Assembly (NCBI GenBank): GCA_022705845.1
Contig: JAKJDQ010000001.1
Coordinates: 1 to 42,265, forward strand
Length of the DNA stretch: 42,265 bases
From: Patescibacteria group bacterium
Lineage (GTDB): Bacteria; Patescibacteriota; Patescibacteriia; Patescibacteriales; Patescibacteriaceae
Direction: 5' to 3'
Both the position numbers and the translations under genes were made by a program. The notes below the pieces were generated by a model, which ran no database searches, was not told the DNA's origin, and worked only from the letters and a program-made list of their open reading frames with translations. Positions within the stretch are counted from its first letter, which is position 1, and each line of letters starts with the position of its first letter. This document shows, piece by piece, positions 1 to 9,283 of this stretch.

Positions 1-53
1 CGATTATTTCTTGTGAAATTAGGTGTAAAAACCTTTTTTTATTATTCTAAAAT

Positions 54-251
54 ATGCCGAAATTAAAGACTTATCAGCCAGTTGCTAAGCGGATGAAACT
101 TACTAAAACTGGTAAAATTAGACGACGTAAGGCAGGACAAGATCATTTTAATGCCCGCGAAGATGGCCAGACGGGTCGAATGAAACGTCGCGACTTTAAT
201 GTGGCCAAAGTTGACAGCAAAAATATCAAAAAATTTTTGCCCTACTGTTAA
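54..251 (+). CDS. rpmI: 50S ribosomal protein L35 (bL35)
   Basis: 65-aa very basic ORF (MPKLKT...KRMK.TKTGKI.RRKAG..H). Size, composition and position 12 nt upstream of L20 match bL35. Confidence 0.9.
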   Translation: MPKLKTYQPVAKRMKLTKTGKIRRRKAGQDHFNAREDGQTGRMKRRDFNVAKVDSKNIKKFLPYC

Positions 252-263
252 AACTAAACTAAT

Positions 264-608
264 ATGACCAGAGTAAAAAGAGGTATCATCCACACTAAAA
301 AACGCCACAATATTTTATCAAAAACTAAAGGATTTAAGTGGGGCCGTAAAAATTTAATTCGCCTAGCTTCAACAGCTACCACTAAAGCGGGAGCTCATTC
401 TTATACTGACCGCCGCAAGAAAAAAAGGAATGCCCGCGCCTTATGGCAAATTCGAATTAGTGCTTTTGCTAAAGATCATAATTTATCCTATTCTAAGATG
501 ATGAATCTTCTAAAAAAAGCTAATGTTAAATTAGATCGTAAAAGCTTGGCTGACTTGGCAGCTAATCATCCTGATATTCTCTCTAAGATATTAGAACAAA
601 TTCAATAA
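264..608 (+). CDS. rplT: 50S ribosomal protein L20 (bL20)
   Basis: 114 aa with MTRVKRG...RRKKKRN.RALWQIRI.A, characteristic of bL20. Follows the classic rpmI-rplT order. Confidence 0.95.
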   Translation: MTRVKRGIIHTKKRHNILSKTKGFKWGRKNLIRLASTATTKAGAHSYTDRRKKKRNARALWQIRISAFAKDHNLSYSKMMNLLKKANVKLDRKSLADLAANHPDILSKILEQIQ

Positions 609-612
609 ATCC

Positions 613-834
613 ATGAAATGGTTTAATATTATACAAATTATTGCTGCCCTCCTCTTAATAGGCGCTATATTGCTACAAAATCGTGGCGCTGATATGTCAG
701 GCTTATTTGGTGGTGGCGGTGATATTTATCGGACAAAAAGGGGAATTGAAAAAACTTTATTTATAGCTACTATCGTTTTGGCTATAATATTTTTTGCCTT
801 ATCACTAACTAGTCTAATTATTAATAAATATTAA
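613..834 (+). CDS. secG: Preprotein translocase subunit SecG
   Basis: 73 aa with two TM helices flanking a Gly-rich loop (LLQ.RGADMSGLFGGGG), the SecG signature. Confidence 0.8.
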   Translation: MKWFNIIQIIAALLLIGAILLQNRGADMSGLFGGGGDIYRTKRGIEKTLFIATIVLAIIFFALSLTSLIINKY

Positions 835-839
835 AACAT

Positions 840-1139
840 ATGAAGCAAAATAAAATCAATAAAATTGACTTAATTAATAAAATTTCTGAAACAGTAAATA
901 TTAGCAAAAAACAAATTGAAAAAGTTCTAGATTCACTATTAGAAAATATCACCGACGGATTAAAGGCTGGAAAAACTGTCAATTTAGTTGGTTTCGGTAG
1001 CTTTATGCCTAAAAAAAGACATGCTAGAAATGGCGTTAATCCTCAAAATCCTAAACAAAAAATTCATATCCCAGAAATTATAGTGGCTAAATTTAGAACT
1101 GGAAAAGCCTTAAAAGATGCCCTTAAAAACAAACGATAA
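840..1139 (+). CDS. hup: HU/IHF-family nucleoid DNA-binding protein
   Basis: 99 aa with L.GFGSF...R.ARNG.NP.....I.IP......F..GK.LK, the HU beta-arm motif. Confidence 0.9.
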   Translation: MKQNKINKIDLINKISETVNISKKQIEKVLDSLLENITDGLKAGKTVNLVGFGSFMPKKRHARNGVNPQNPKQKIHIPEIIVAKFRTGKALKDALKNKR

Positions 1140-1142
1140 TAC

Positions 1143-1171
1143 TTAACTTTAACAATAACATAGTGTATACT
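1143..1171 (+). promoter_or_regulatory. Candidate sigma70-type promoter for the tRNA operon (TTAACT-17-TATACT)
   Basis: -35 ttaact at 1143-1148, 17-nt spacer, -10 tatact at 1166-1171. The -10 ends 11 nt before the mature 5' end of tRNA-Arg (1183). Confidence 0.35.
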
Positions 1172-1182
1172 ATTGTTGAAAA

Positions 1183-1257
1183 GCTCCCGTGGTGAAATGG
1201 ATATCACGCTTGGCTTCGGACCAAGTATTTTGGGTTCGAATCCTGACGGGAGCGCCA
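1183..1257 (+). tRNA. tRNA-Arg (anticodon TCG), CCA encoded
   Basis: Hand-folded cloverleaf: acceptor gctcccg/cgggagc, D stem gtga/tcac, anticodon stem cttgg/ccaag with loop ct-TCG-ga, T loop ttcgaat, 3' gCCA. Length 75 nt. Confidence 0.85.
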
Positions 1258-1265
1258 GATGGCGA

Positions 1266-1338
1266 GGCTGGGTAGCTCAGTTGGCAGAGCATGGCACTCA
1301 TAACGCCAAGGTCGTGGGTTCAATCCCCACCCCCGCCA
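1266..1338 (+). tRNA. tRNA-Met (anticodon CAT), elongator-type or possibly tRNA-Ile2 (lysidine)
   Basis: Acceptor ggctggg/ccccgcc (one mismatch), D arm gctc-agttggca-gagc, anticodon loop ct-CAT-aa, T arm gtggg-ttcaatc-cccac. The G1-C72 pair argues against an initiator. No encoded CCA. Confidence 0.8.
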
Positions 1339-1349
1339 CTACAATAAAT

Positions 1350-1422
1350 GCGCCCATAGCTCAGCTGGCAGAGCAGTTGCCTCTTAAGCAAACGGTCGCA
1401 GGTTCGAACCCTGCTGGGCGTA
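1350..1422 (+). tRNA. tRNA-Lys (anticodon CTT)
   Basis: Acceptor gcgccca/tgggcgt, D arm gctc-agctggca-gagc, anticodon stem gttgc/gcaaa with loop ct-CTT-aa, T arm gcagg-ttcgaac-cctgc. Confidence 0.9.
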
Positions 1423-1432
1423 CAAAAAACAA

Positions 1433-1469
1433 CCTCCATTATTATAATGGGGGTATTATTATTTTTTTG
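1433..1469 (+). terminator. Rho-independent terminator of the tRNA operon
   Basis: Stem cctccatta / taatggggg (9 bp, one G.U) with a 3-nt loop, followed by tattattattttttt. Confidence 0.6.
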
Positions 1470-1489
1470 TAACTTGCTATAATAAGTCT

Positions 1490-2191
1490 ATGATTTCTGA
1501 CAACCAATCCCTGCCTTGCTCTAGTGGTTTCTTACTAATAGATAAACCAAGTGGACCAACATCTCACGATATTATTGACTATTTGCGTCATCTTACTGGT
1601 ATTCAAAAAATTGGCCACTCGGGTACATTAGATCCTCTTGCCTCAGGTCTTTTAATTGTGGCTATCGGACGAACAGCTACTAAACAAATTCATGTTGTGG
1701 CCCAACAAGACAAAACTTATAAAGCCACTATCCGTTTAGGTGGAATAAGTGATACTGATGACTCTTTAGGGAAAATCCAGTTATTGAAAAATTATCATCA
1801 ACCAACCAGACAAGAAATAAAACAAGTCTTAGATTCTTTGAAGGGTGAACAAAATCAGATACCGCCGATGTATAGTGCTAAAAAAATACATGGACAAAAA
1901 CTGTATGAATTAGCACGACAAGGACAAATTATCCAATGCCAGCCTAGTCTAATAACTATTTACAATATCAAGCTACTTAGCTATAGGTGGCCAGATATTA
2001 ACCTAGAAATCCACTGTTCAACTGGTACCTATATTAGAGCTATCGCCCGTGATATAGGAAAGGCATTAAATTGTGGTGGCTATTTATATCAACTAAGACG
2101 TACTAAAATTAATGGCTATTCGGTCCACCAGGCAATAACTTTAGAGCAATTAACCTCTAATAATTGGACAAAATTTTTGTTGCAACCTTGA
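1490..2191 (+). CDS. truB: tRNA pseudouridine(55) synthase TruB
   Basis: 233 aa with G.LLIDKP.G.TSHD and the catalytic-Asp motif GHSGTLDPLASGLL. Confidence 0.9.
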   Translation: MISDNQSLPCSSGFLLIDKPSGPTSHDIIDYLRHLTGIQKIGHSGTLDPLASGLLIVAIGRTATKQIHVVAQQDKTYKATIRLGGISDTDDSLGKIQLLKNYHQPTRQEIKQVLDSLKGEQNQIPPMYSAKKIHGQKLYELARQGQIIQCQPSLITIYNIKLLSYRWPDINLEIHCSTGTYIRAIARDIGKALNCGGYLYQLRRTKINGYSVHQAITLEQLTSNNWTKFLLQP

Positions 2192-2198
2192 TTAATAA

Positions 2199-3998
2199 TT
2201 ACTCAACAGTTACCGATTTAGCTAGATTCCTGGGTTTATCTACATCTAATCCTTTAGCATCGGCGATATAATAAGCTAAAAGTTGCAAGGGAATAACATT
2301 GATAACGGGTGAAAACCAAACATGAACTGGTGGAACGCTAATAAGATAATCCGCTAATTTCTTCACTACTTCATAATCTTGATCCACGATAGCAATAACC
2401 TGTCCACCACGCGCTTTAATTTCTTGAATATTACTAAGAATTTTATCACTTAAATCGTTTTTGGTGGCCAGGACAACTACTGGCATATTATCATCAATTA
2501 AAGCAATGGGTCCGTGTTTAATTTCAGCAGCCGGGTAGCCCTCAGCATGAATATAGGATATTTCTTTTAACTTTAAAGCACCTTCTAGGGCTACAGGAAA
2601 ATTAAGACCCCGACCTAGATATAAAAAATGCTCAAAATTCATAAACCGCCGAGCTAGCTCAATTACCTGACCATTGGCCTTTAAGGTCTTCTCTACCACA
2701 GCTGGCAAATGTCGTAATTCGCTTAAAATTGACTCATCTATTTTATAACCCATCTCTTGTCGCCAATAAAAAGCTAAAAGCAATAAAGCAGTAATCTGGG
2801 CTGTAAAAGCTTTAGTACTGGCCACCCCAATTTCCGGGCCAGCATGTAAATAAATACCCGAATCCACTTCTCTCGCCACTGTTGACCCGACTACATTAAC
2901 AATCCCCAAAGATTGAGCCCCGTGATTTTTAGCTTCTCGTAAAGCCGCTAAAGTATCAGCAGTTTCACCTGACTGAGAAATAGCAATAAATAAATCATGA
3001 TTATTTACTAAGGGGTGACGATAGCGAAACTCAGAAGCATAATCCACTTCTACTGGCAACCCCACAATTTCTTCTAATAAATATTTACCAATTAGAGCTG
3101 AATGCCAACTAGTACCACAAGCCGCAATAATAATACGCTCTATGGCCTCACGATGCCAATTTAATGAAAGTTTAATTTGGTTATTAGTGATTCTACCGGC
3201 CAGTACATTAACAAGACTCTGCGGCTGTTCAAAAATCTCTTTTAGCATAAAATGCTTATAGCCCTTCTTTTCGATCTGATCAATATTTAATTTAACCTCC
3301 TCCACCCGTCGATCTAGTGGTTCACCAGCTAAATTTTTAATCTGATATCCCCCTTCATCAATAATAGCCAAATCACCATCTTCTAAATAAACAACGTCCT
3401 TGGTGTGATTTAAAATAGCTGGTACATCTGAAGCAATAAAGGTTTCACCCTGACCAATTCCAATAACAAGTGGGGAGCTGCGTCTGGCGGCTACTAGTTT
3501 ATTCTCATTAACATGAAGCGCTACTAGCCCATAAGAACCCTCAATTAAAGCCAGAGCCTTAATTACCGCCTCTTCTAGCGATCCGGTATAAAACTTTTCA
3601 ATTAAATGAGCTAATACCTCTGAGTCGGTTTCTGAAGTAAAAACATGACCCTCGCTGCTTAATAATTGCTTGAGGGCCTGATAATTCTCAATAATACCAT
3701 TATGTACTATGGCGATTTGATGGTGACAGTCAAAATGAGGATGAGCATTAATTTCATTAGGAGCACCATGAGTGGCCCAACGAGTATGGGCAATACCAAT
3801 ATGACCCTTCAAGTCTTGATGAGCTATCGCCCCTTCTAAATAAGTCACTGGGCCCGCCTGTTTATAGCATACCAACTTATTGTCTTCTACTAAACATAAA
3901 CCCGAACTATCATAGCCACGATATTCTAATCTTTTTAGGCCATCTATTAAAATCTTTGAGGCAGGATGCTGACCATAATAACCAATGATGCCACACAT
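2199..3998 (-). CDS. glmS: Glutamine--fructose-6-phosphate aminotransferase (isomerizing)
   Basis: 599 aa. N-terminal MCGIIGY (Ntn Cys2), two SIS domains (SQSGETADT) and the C-terminal KPRNLAKSVTVE typical of GlmS. Confidence 0.97.
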   Translation of the reverse strand: MCGIIGYYGQHPASKILIDGLKRLEYRGYDSSGLCLVEDNKLVCYKQAGPVTYLEGAIAHQDLKGHIGIAHTRWATHGAPNEINAHPHFDCHHQIAIVHNGIIENYQALKQLLSSEGHVFTSETDSEVLAHLIEKFYTGSLEEAVIKALALIEGSYGLVALHVNENKLVAARRSSPLVIGIGQGETFIASDVPAILNHTKDVVYLEDGDLAIIDEGGYQIKNLAGEPLDRRVEEVKLNIDQIEKKGYKHFMLKEIFEQPQSLVNVLAGRITNNQIKLSLNWHREAIERIIIAACGTSWHSALIGKYLLEEIVGLPVEVDYASEFRYRHPLVNNHDLFIAISQSGETADTLAALREAKNHGAQSLGIVNVVGSTVAREVDSGIYLHAGPEIGVASTKAFTAQITALLLLAFYWRQEMGYKIDESILSELRHLPAVVEKTLKANGQVIELARRFMNFEHFLYLGRGLNFPVALEGALKLKEISYIHAEGYPAAEIKHGPIALIDDNMPVVVLATKNDLSDKILSNIQEIKARGGQVIAIVDQDYEVVKKLADYLISVPPVHVWFSPVINVIPLQLLAYYIADAKGLDVDKPRNLAKSVTVE

Positions 3999-4002
3999 AA
4001 CT

Positions 4003-5994
4003 TCAAATTAAAAGTCCAACAATGAGCAAAGCCACTATATTTACAATTTTAATCATTGGGTTAATCGCCGGCCCAGCTGTGTCTTTATAAGGATCACCCA
4101 CTGTATCCCCAGTTACTGCTGCTTTATGAGCCTCAGAACCTTTACCGCCAAAATGTCCACTCTCAATATATTTTTTAGCATTATCCCAAGCTCCACCGCC
4201 TGAAGTCATAGAGATGGCTACAAAAATACCAGTAACGATAGAACCAATAAGTAAACCACCTAATGCTGGTATGCCCAATATAAAACCCACAATGATTGGA
4301 GTTAATATTGGAATAAGAGAAGGGATAATCATTTCTTTTATAGCAGATTTAGTAACTATATCCACGGTGCGGCCATAATCTGGTTTCTCAGTGTTAGCCA
4401 TTATGCCTGGCTTTTCCTTAAATTGAGTTCGCACATCTTCCACTACTGCCCCGGCGGCTTTACCAACTGCCTGCATAGCCAAAGCTCCAAAATAATAAGG
4501 CAATAATCCTCCAATAAATAAACCAGCAAGGACATAGGGGTTATCTATTAAAAATTGACCACCCTGAGCCTTTTGAGAAAAATCAGCAAATAATACCAAA
4601 GAAGCCAAGGCAGCCGAACCAATAGCATATCCTTTAGTAACGGCCTTAGTGGTGTTGCCCACTGCATCAAGCGAGTCAGTAACATTACGCACTTCTTCGC
4701 CTAATTCTGCCATCTCGGCAATACCGCCAGCATTATCAGTAATGGGTCCATAGGCATCAATAGTAATAATAATGCCAGCTAACGATAACATAGCTACGGC
4801 GGCAATAGCAATTCCATATAAACCAGCCAGGGAATAAGCCCCCAAAATAGACAAAGCAATAACAATAATTGGCCAGGCGGTTGACTTCATTGATACAGCT
4901 AAACCAGTAATAATATTAGTCCCATGCCCAGTTTTAGAAGCCTCGGCAATCTGTTTAACTGGCAAATGTTTAGTGGATGTAAAATACTCAGTAATCACTA
5001 CCAAGGCTCCAGTAACTAATAAACCAATAAGCGCAGTCAAATATAAATTAACTGCGGAGATCGTGTTATTGTCTTTCATAACCCAATTAATTATGGGATA
5101 GAAAGCAATGGCTGCTAGAATGCCAGTAGCAATTAACCCTTTATACAGAGCAGACATAATATTTTGAGATTTTCCCAAGTGGATAAAACGTAAGCCGATA
5201 ATAGAAGCGACAATGGATACTGACCCTAATAAAAGAGGCAAAATAATTAATAATATATTGTCTTGGCCAAAAATTAACCCACCCAACATCATGGCGGCAA
5301 TAGAAGTAACGGCATAAGTCTCAAACAGGTCAGCCGCCATGCCAGCACAATCGCCAACATTGTCGCCAACATTGTCGGCAATAACTGCTGGATTGCGTGG
5401 ATCGTCTTCTGGAATACCAGCTTCAATTTTACCTACTAAATCTGCCCCGACATCAGCTGCCTTAGTAAAAATACCGCCCCCTAAACGGGCAAAAATAGAA
5501 ATTAACGAACCGCCGAACCCAAAACCAATCAAGGCGTGAAGATCGCGAGTTATAAAATAAAAACCAGCCGTACCTAATAAAGCCAAACCAACAACCAACA
5601 TACCCGTGATGCTACCGCCTTTGACCGCCACTGCTAAAGCCGATTTTATCCCTGATTTAGCTGCTTCAGTGGTAGTAATATTGGCTCGCACAGAAATATT
5701 CATACCAACATAACCTGCTACAGCAGATAAAATGGCTCCCACAATAAAAGCCAAGGCAGTGGTCCAACCCAAACTAGGCACTAAACCAATAATAATAAAT
5801 AAGAGAATGGCCACTACTCCCACTGTCCGGTATTGACGATTTAAAAACGCCTTAGCGCCCACCTGAATAGCCGAGGCAATTTCTTTCATTCTCTCGTTAC
5901 CACGCGGTAATTTTAAGATAGAATGGATAGAAATAACACCATATAAGATGGCCAGCAAAGCGCCAATAATAATCATAATCACTGCAATTTGCAT
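4003..5994 (-). CDS. hppA: Membrane-integral H+/Na+-translocating pyrophosphatase
   Basis: Polytopic membrane protein with the M-PPase motifs GGG(I/L)[30 protein letters not shown] and GDTVGDP.KDT.GP. Start placed at MQIAV (5994); the ORF track's upstream 27 codons (to 6075) look like non-coding read-through. Confidence 0.93.
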   Translation of the reverse strand: MQIAVIMIIIGALLAILYGVISIHSILKLPRGNERMKEIASAIQVGAKAFLNRQYRTVGVVAILLFIIIGLVPSLGWTTALAFIVGAILSAVAGYVGMNISVRANITTTEAAKSGIKSALAVAVKGGSITGMLVVGLALLGTAGFYFITRDLHALIGFGFGGSLISIFARLGGGIFTKAADVGADLVGKIEAGIPEDDPRNPAVIADNVGDNVGDCAGMAADLFETYAVTSIAAMMLGGLIFGQDNILLIILPLLLGSVSIVASIIGLRFIHLGKSQNIMSALYKGLIATGILAAIAFYPIINWVMKDNNTISAVNLYLTALIGLLVTGALVVITEYFTSTKHLPVKQIAEASKTGHGTNIITGLAVSMKSTAWPIIVIALSILGAYSLAGLYGIAIAAVAMLSLAGIIITIDAYGPITDNAGGIAEMAELGEEVRNVTDSLDAVGNTTKAVTKGYAIGSAALASLVLFADFSQKAQGGQFLIDNPYVLAGLFIGGLLPYYFGALAMQAVGKAAGAVVEDVRTQFKEKPGIMANTEKPDYGRTVDIVTKSAIKEMIIPSLIPILTPIIVGFILGIPALGGLLIGSIVTGIFVAISMTSGGGAWDNAKKYIESGHFGGKGSEAHKAAVTGDTVGDPYKDTAGPAINPMIKIVNIVALLIVGLLI

Positions 5995-6162
5995 AATCTT
6001 TATAATTAATAAATAAAATCCATTAAAACCATAAGTAATAATAACAAAATGGGGCAAAAAAACAATATAGTCCAATTACTATTATAAAATTCACCCGATA
6101 ATTGCTGACAAGATCAACAATTCTTACCGGACTATTATCATCGGACTATGTTTAGATATCGT

Positions 6163-6237
6163 TGGGGTAGCCACTGGGAATTGAACCCAGACTAGCGGAG
6201 CCACAATCCGCTGTTCTACCATTAAACTATGGCCACC
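6163..6237 (-). tRNA. tRNA-His (anticodon GTG) with encoded G-1 and CCA
   Basis: Reverse complement reads g-gtggcca-ta-gttt..gaac-a-gcgga-tt-GTG-gc-tccgc...ctggg-ttcaatt-cccag-tggctac-c-cca. The extra 5' G opposite C73 is the His identity element. Confidence 0.9.
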
Positions 6238-6245
6238 ATTATATT

Positions 6246-6797
6246 TTATAATTTATAAATTCTTAAACGTTGGGTTGGTCCTACCTGAATCTCTTCTATC
6301 GGATCATAGCCTGGCAATTCAAATTGATTGCTAATCAAAATTGTTCCTGGTTTAGCCTCTTTCTTTAGTTTCAAGGATAAACGAGCCATCGTTGGTCCGT
6401 CCAAGTAGCAGTAAAAACAATCCACGTCTTTTAGTGACATCTTTAAAAAATTCTTTCTAACTATTTTAATTTTACTACCAACAAGCAATAATTGTAATTT
6501 AGCCAATAAATAAACTGGAAAAATTAACTCAACTCCTACTAATTTATATTCCGTCTGGTTCTTGGTGGCCTTCTCCAGGCGACGTAAAAATCCAGCACGA
6601 CCACAACCTAATTCATAAATTTTAGCATTGTCTGGTAAATCCAAAGATAAAAATTGACTCACTGCCTCATCTAAAACATTATTCTTGCTGCTAACAAAAG
6701 GGGCATAACCCCTAAAAATAAGATTAAAAAATTCTTCCACCAAAAAAATCAAGACAATTAAAATTAGCAATAAGGCTAAACACCATAACCAAATCAT
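6246..6797 (-). CDS. Class I SAM-dependent methyltransferase with N-terminal TM anchor
   Basis: 183 aa with a hydrophobic N-terminus, then motif I IYELGCGRAGF and the downstream acidic/beta-strand pattern of a Rossmann-fold MTase. Substrate unknown. Confidence 0.6.
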   Translation of the reverse strand: MIWLWCLALLLILIVLIFLVEEFFNLIFRGYAPFVSSKNNVLDEAVSQFLSLDLPDNAKIYELGCGRAGFLRRLEKATKNQTEYKLVGVELIFPVYLLAKLQLLLVGSKIKIVRKNFLKMSLKDVDCFYCYLDGPTMARLSLKLKKEAKPGTILISNQFELPGYDPIEEIQVGPTQRLRIYKL

Positions 6798-6826
6798 AAT
6801 TTTTAAAATAACAAATAAATAAAGAG

Positions 6827-6898
6827 TACGCCCAGAGGGAATCGAACCCCCATAACCAGCTTAGAAGGCTGGTGTTCTATCCATTGAACTATGAGCGC
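6827..6898 (-). tRNA. tRNA-Arg (anticodon TCT)
   Basis: Reverse complement: acceptor gcgctca/tgggcgt (with G.U pairs), D arm gttc-aatggata-gaac, anticodon stem ccagc/gctgg with loop ct-TCT-aa, T arm ggggg-ttcgatt-ccctc. Confidence 0.85.
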
Positions 6899-6951
6899 CA
6901 GCTAATGCCAATTTAGCAAGGAGATATTGTTTTGTCAATTAAAAAGGGGAA

Positions 6952-7341
6952 TTAATCAATAACCATAATTTGCCTAATATCCTCAGTATAACCACCGTAT
7001 TTCTTAGTAGCTTTAATATCTAAATAATTTATGCCTTTATGTAAATATATAGTCTGACGAAAATTACCAGATTGATTACTTAAAATTGTCTCTCCGTTAA
7101 TATTAAGCCGAGCTCCCGGCTCAACCTGCCCAACCAGCAATATCTGTCTCTCGCTGGTAGCAATGTTGTTGGGAGGGCTGATTATATTTAACTGCGGTGG
7201 AGCAAAAATTTTTTTTAAAGAAAAAACTATATAAGTAATAACAGCCAAAATAACTACTGCAAGTAAAATATTACGAATAAGCCGAGGAAATGACCATAGA
7301 TCCTTCTTGCGAATCAAATTCTGCCCAAAAAGACCATTCAT
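6952..7341 (-). CDS. Membrane-anchored hypothetical protein with a C-terminal beta-sandwich-like domain
   Basis: 129 aa with one N-terminal TM helix (ILLAVVILAVITYIVF), then the pattern I.SP......T....I.L.G.VEPGA.L.ING..I......G.F...I.L..G.N.L.I.A, common in Ig-like surface domains. No specific family recognised. Confidence 0.5.
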   Translation of the reverse strand: MNGLFGQNLIRKKDLWSFPRLIRNILLAVVILAVITYIVFSLKKIFAPPQLNIISPPNNIATSERQILLVGQVEPGARLNINGETILSNQSGNFRQTIYLHKGINYLDIKATKKYGGYTEDIRQIMVID

Positions 7342-7361
7342 ACCATCATTAAATTCTATAA

Positions 7362-7763
7362 TTACTGCTTCATAACCTCATTTAGTTTAGTCCTGGTCCA
7401 ATTTTGAGCTCCAAGAGTAGTCAAAACAAAATTAATGATCATATAGCTACAAAAAATTACCACTAAACCTATTAAAGCATTAGTGAGTGTTTGCTGTCCT
7501 TTTTTAAAATTTTCACTATTACCAGCCGCAATAATCATTTGAATACCACCTATAACAAACATGACCAAAGTCGCTGCTCCAGCAAAACCTAAAATAACCC
7601 GGCCAATAAAAATAGCCATACTCTCAAAATCTTTAAGAGTATAGGTTCCGTATTCATAATTCTCGTCATCAGGCACTAATTGTTTTGGATCAGCTAAAGA
7701 CAATACAGGCCAAGCCAACACCATAATTGACAATATTAACACTATAAATTTCGTAAATTTCAT
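7362..7763 (-). CDS. TrbC/VirB2-like (T4SS-pilin family) small membrane protein
   Basis: 133 aa: signal peptide (..LSLADP), then two TM helices joined by the loop GGIQMIIAAGNSENFKKGQQTLTNALIGLVV. This resembles the pilin-like family expanded in CPR genomes, recognised from memory only. Confidence 0.5.
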   Translation of the reverse strand: MKFTKFIVLILSIMVLAWPVLSLADPKQLVPDDENYEYGTYTLKDFESMAIFIGRVILGFAGAATLVMFVIGGIQMIIAAGNSENFKKGQQTLTNALIGLVVIFCSYMIINFVLTTLGAQNWTRTKLNEVMKQ

Positions 7764-7781
7764 AGACCTCTATTATATTAA

Positions 7782-9176
7782 TTAAGGAGATAATGTTTGC
7801 TTCAATTTGCTAGCTCCTAGACTAGCAATGGCTTCTATCTGGCCAGGACTATCCACAACACTATCAATCATTTCAGCCATAATATCTTGAGCGGCTTGAG
7901 GATTATAACCTTTATACCAACTGCGAGCTGTTAATAATTGACTGGCAAAAACATCAATATATTCTTCAGACAATTGTTGCTCAATTAAACTCCGTAAAGC
8001 TGTCGGCCGTTTGGTTTTATTTAAATAGCTAGTAACATTTTCGGCCTTAGTGATAAATTGAACAAAATCCCAAGCCTCATTAACATGCTGACTTTTTTTA
8101 GAAACTGTTTCCACCCAATAATTAGCAATATTAACTGGCTGAGCAGCCCCAGCGATTTGAGGCAGCGAGCTAACTCCAATATTTAAATCTTTTAAATATT
8201 GAGTAGCATCATCTCCATTGAAATCGGAACGACGGCCAGCAACAATAAGCGGCAGATGATAACTATAGCCGAACATAATAGCAGCTTGCCCTCTGATGAA
8301 CATATCTAAAGAATTATCAAAAGATTTATCCCAGCAATATACCTCTTTATTAATATTGGCAAAATCACTATAAAAACGTAAAGCCTCTAGGCCAGGATAA
8401 CGATCACCAATCTGCCTATTAAAAACCACCTGACCATTCTTAATAATCGGCGCTTGGCTTTGTAACATTAAGGCGGCTAAAATATCCGCCGACCTCTCAA
8501 CATTACTCCCCCCACCAATGGCTGCTCCCGCTTGAATAATTTTACCCTGAATGTCTCTTTCTGTTAATTTTTTAACAGTTTCTTGAAAAGTTTTATCCCA
8601 ATAGGCTGGTGGGTTAACAATTCCCTTATTATTAAATAAATCCCGGCGATAGAACATAGCTAAGGTATCTACAGACAAAGGTAATCCATAAATTTGGTTA
8701 TTTATTACCACATCATTGGCTACCACATCAACAAATTGAGCTCGCAGATTTTTAAGAGAGAGACTGGGAGTGGTTCTTATTTCATAAACTATCTCCTTTT
8801 TAATGCTACCCTTCTCAATGGGATAAACCATACTAATAGTCCCCGGCATCGGTGCAATTTTGTTTTGATATTTAGGTAACCAGGTACTTTCAATAGAAAA
8901 AATATCTGGACCACGATCTTCGGCTAAGGCATTTATAATTTCATCTTCATATTCCTCGTAACGTAATTTGCGGTAATTGATAGTTATATTGGGGTGCAGC
9001 GCCTTATATTTACCTAAAAGCTCTTGAAAATCATCTGGCTCATCCCAGGCTCGCCAATAATTTAAAGTGATCGGCTGCATTGCCTCTTTAACTTCGCGCG
9101 ACTGAAGACGACAACCAAAACCACTGGTAATTAAAAAAATGGCTAAACAAAATAATAAACTAACTTTCTTCCACAT
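7782..9176 (-). CDS. Extracellular solute-binding protein (family 1, sugar-type ABC SBP), lipoprotein-like
   Basis: About 464 aa from MWKKVSLLF, with signal/lipobox-like ITSGFGC and an SBP_bac_1-like pattern (L..W.....D......L...Y...P.I.I......Y..). No adjacent permease or ATPase genes. Confidence 0.7.
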   Translation of the reverse strand: MWKKVSLLFCLAIFLITSGFGCRLQSREVKEAMQPITLNYWRAWDEPDDFQELLGKYKALHPNITINYRKLRYEEYEDEIINALAEDRGPDIFSIESTWLPKYQNKIAPMPGTISMVYPIEKGSIKKEIVYEIRTTPSLSLKNLRAQFVDVVANDVVINNQIYGLPLSVDTLAMFYRRDLFNNKGIVNPPAYWDKTFQETVKKLTERDIQGKIIQAGAAIGGGSNVERSADILAALMLQSQAPIIKNGQVVFNRQIGDRYPGLEALRFYSDFANINKEVYCWDKSFDNSLDMFIRGQAAIMFGYSYHLPLIVAGRRSDFNGDDATQYLKDLNIGVSSLPQIAGAAQPVNIANYWVETVSKKSQHVNEAWDFVQFITKAENVTSYLNKTKRPTALRSLIEQQLSEEYIDVFASQLLTARSWYKGYNPQAAQDIMAEMIDSVVDSPGQIEAIASLGASKLKQTLSP

Positions 9177-9228
9177 AAATGAAATTAAGTAAATCAATCA
9201 CCCTTAAACTGTGCTAGTAATTATACCG

Positions 9229-9258
9229 CAAAAAAAAGAAATCAGCCAATAGGCTGAC
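9229..9258 (-). terminator. Rho-independent terminator after the thioredoxin-like lipoprotein gene
   Basis: Hairpin tcagcc-aata-ggctga (9242-9257). On the minus strand it is followed by tttcttttttttg. Confidence 0.5.
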
Positions 9259-9283
9259 TCCTTTTTAACATGAAAACTAAAGA

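Noticed and set aside
1173-1472. 99-aa plus-strand ORF in the track
   Set aside because: It is entirely composed of three back-to-back tRNA genes (Arg, Met, Lys) and their terminator, so it is an artefactual ORF.
5339-5539. Antisense or alternative-frame ORFs inside long genes. Examples: 5339-5539, 8694-8879, 10829-11038, 11366-11620, 23486-23785, 25935-26246, 28383-28773, 32287-32553, 33752-34276, 34486-34722, 35262-35444, and the many short ORFs opposite res and mod.
   Set aside because: All are embedded in strongly supported genes on the other strand or in another frame, and their composition is low-complexity. They are typical shadow ORFs.
5995-6075. 27-codon N-terminal extension of the pyrophosphatase ORF ([10 protein letters not shown]...)
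   Set aside because: M-PPases start with the first TM helix, and [11 protein letters not shown] at 5994 matches that. The upstream codons look like AT-rich leader read-through.
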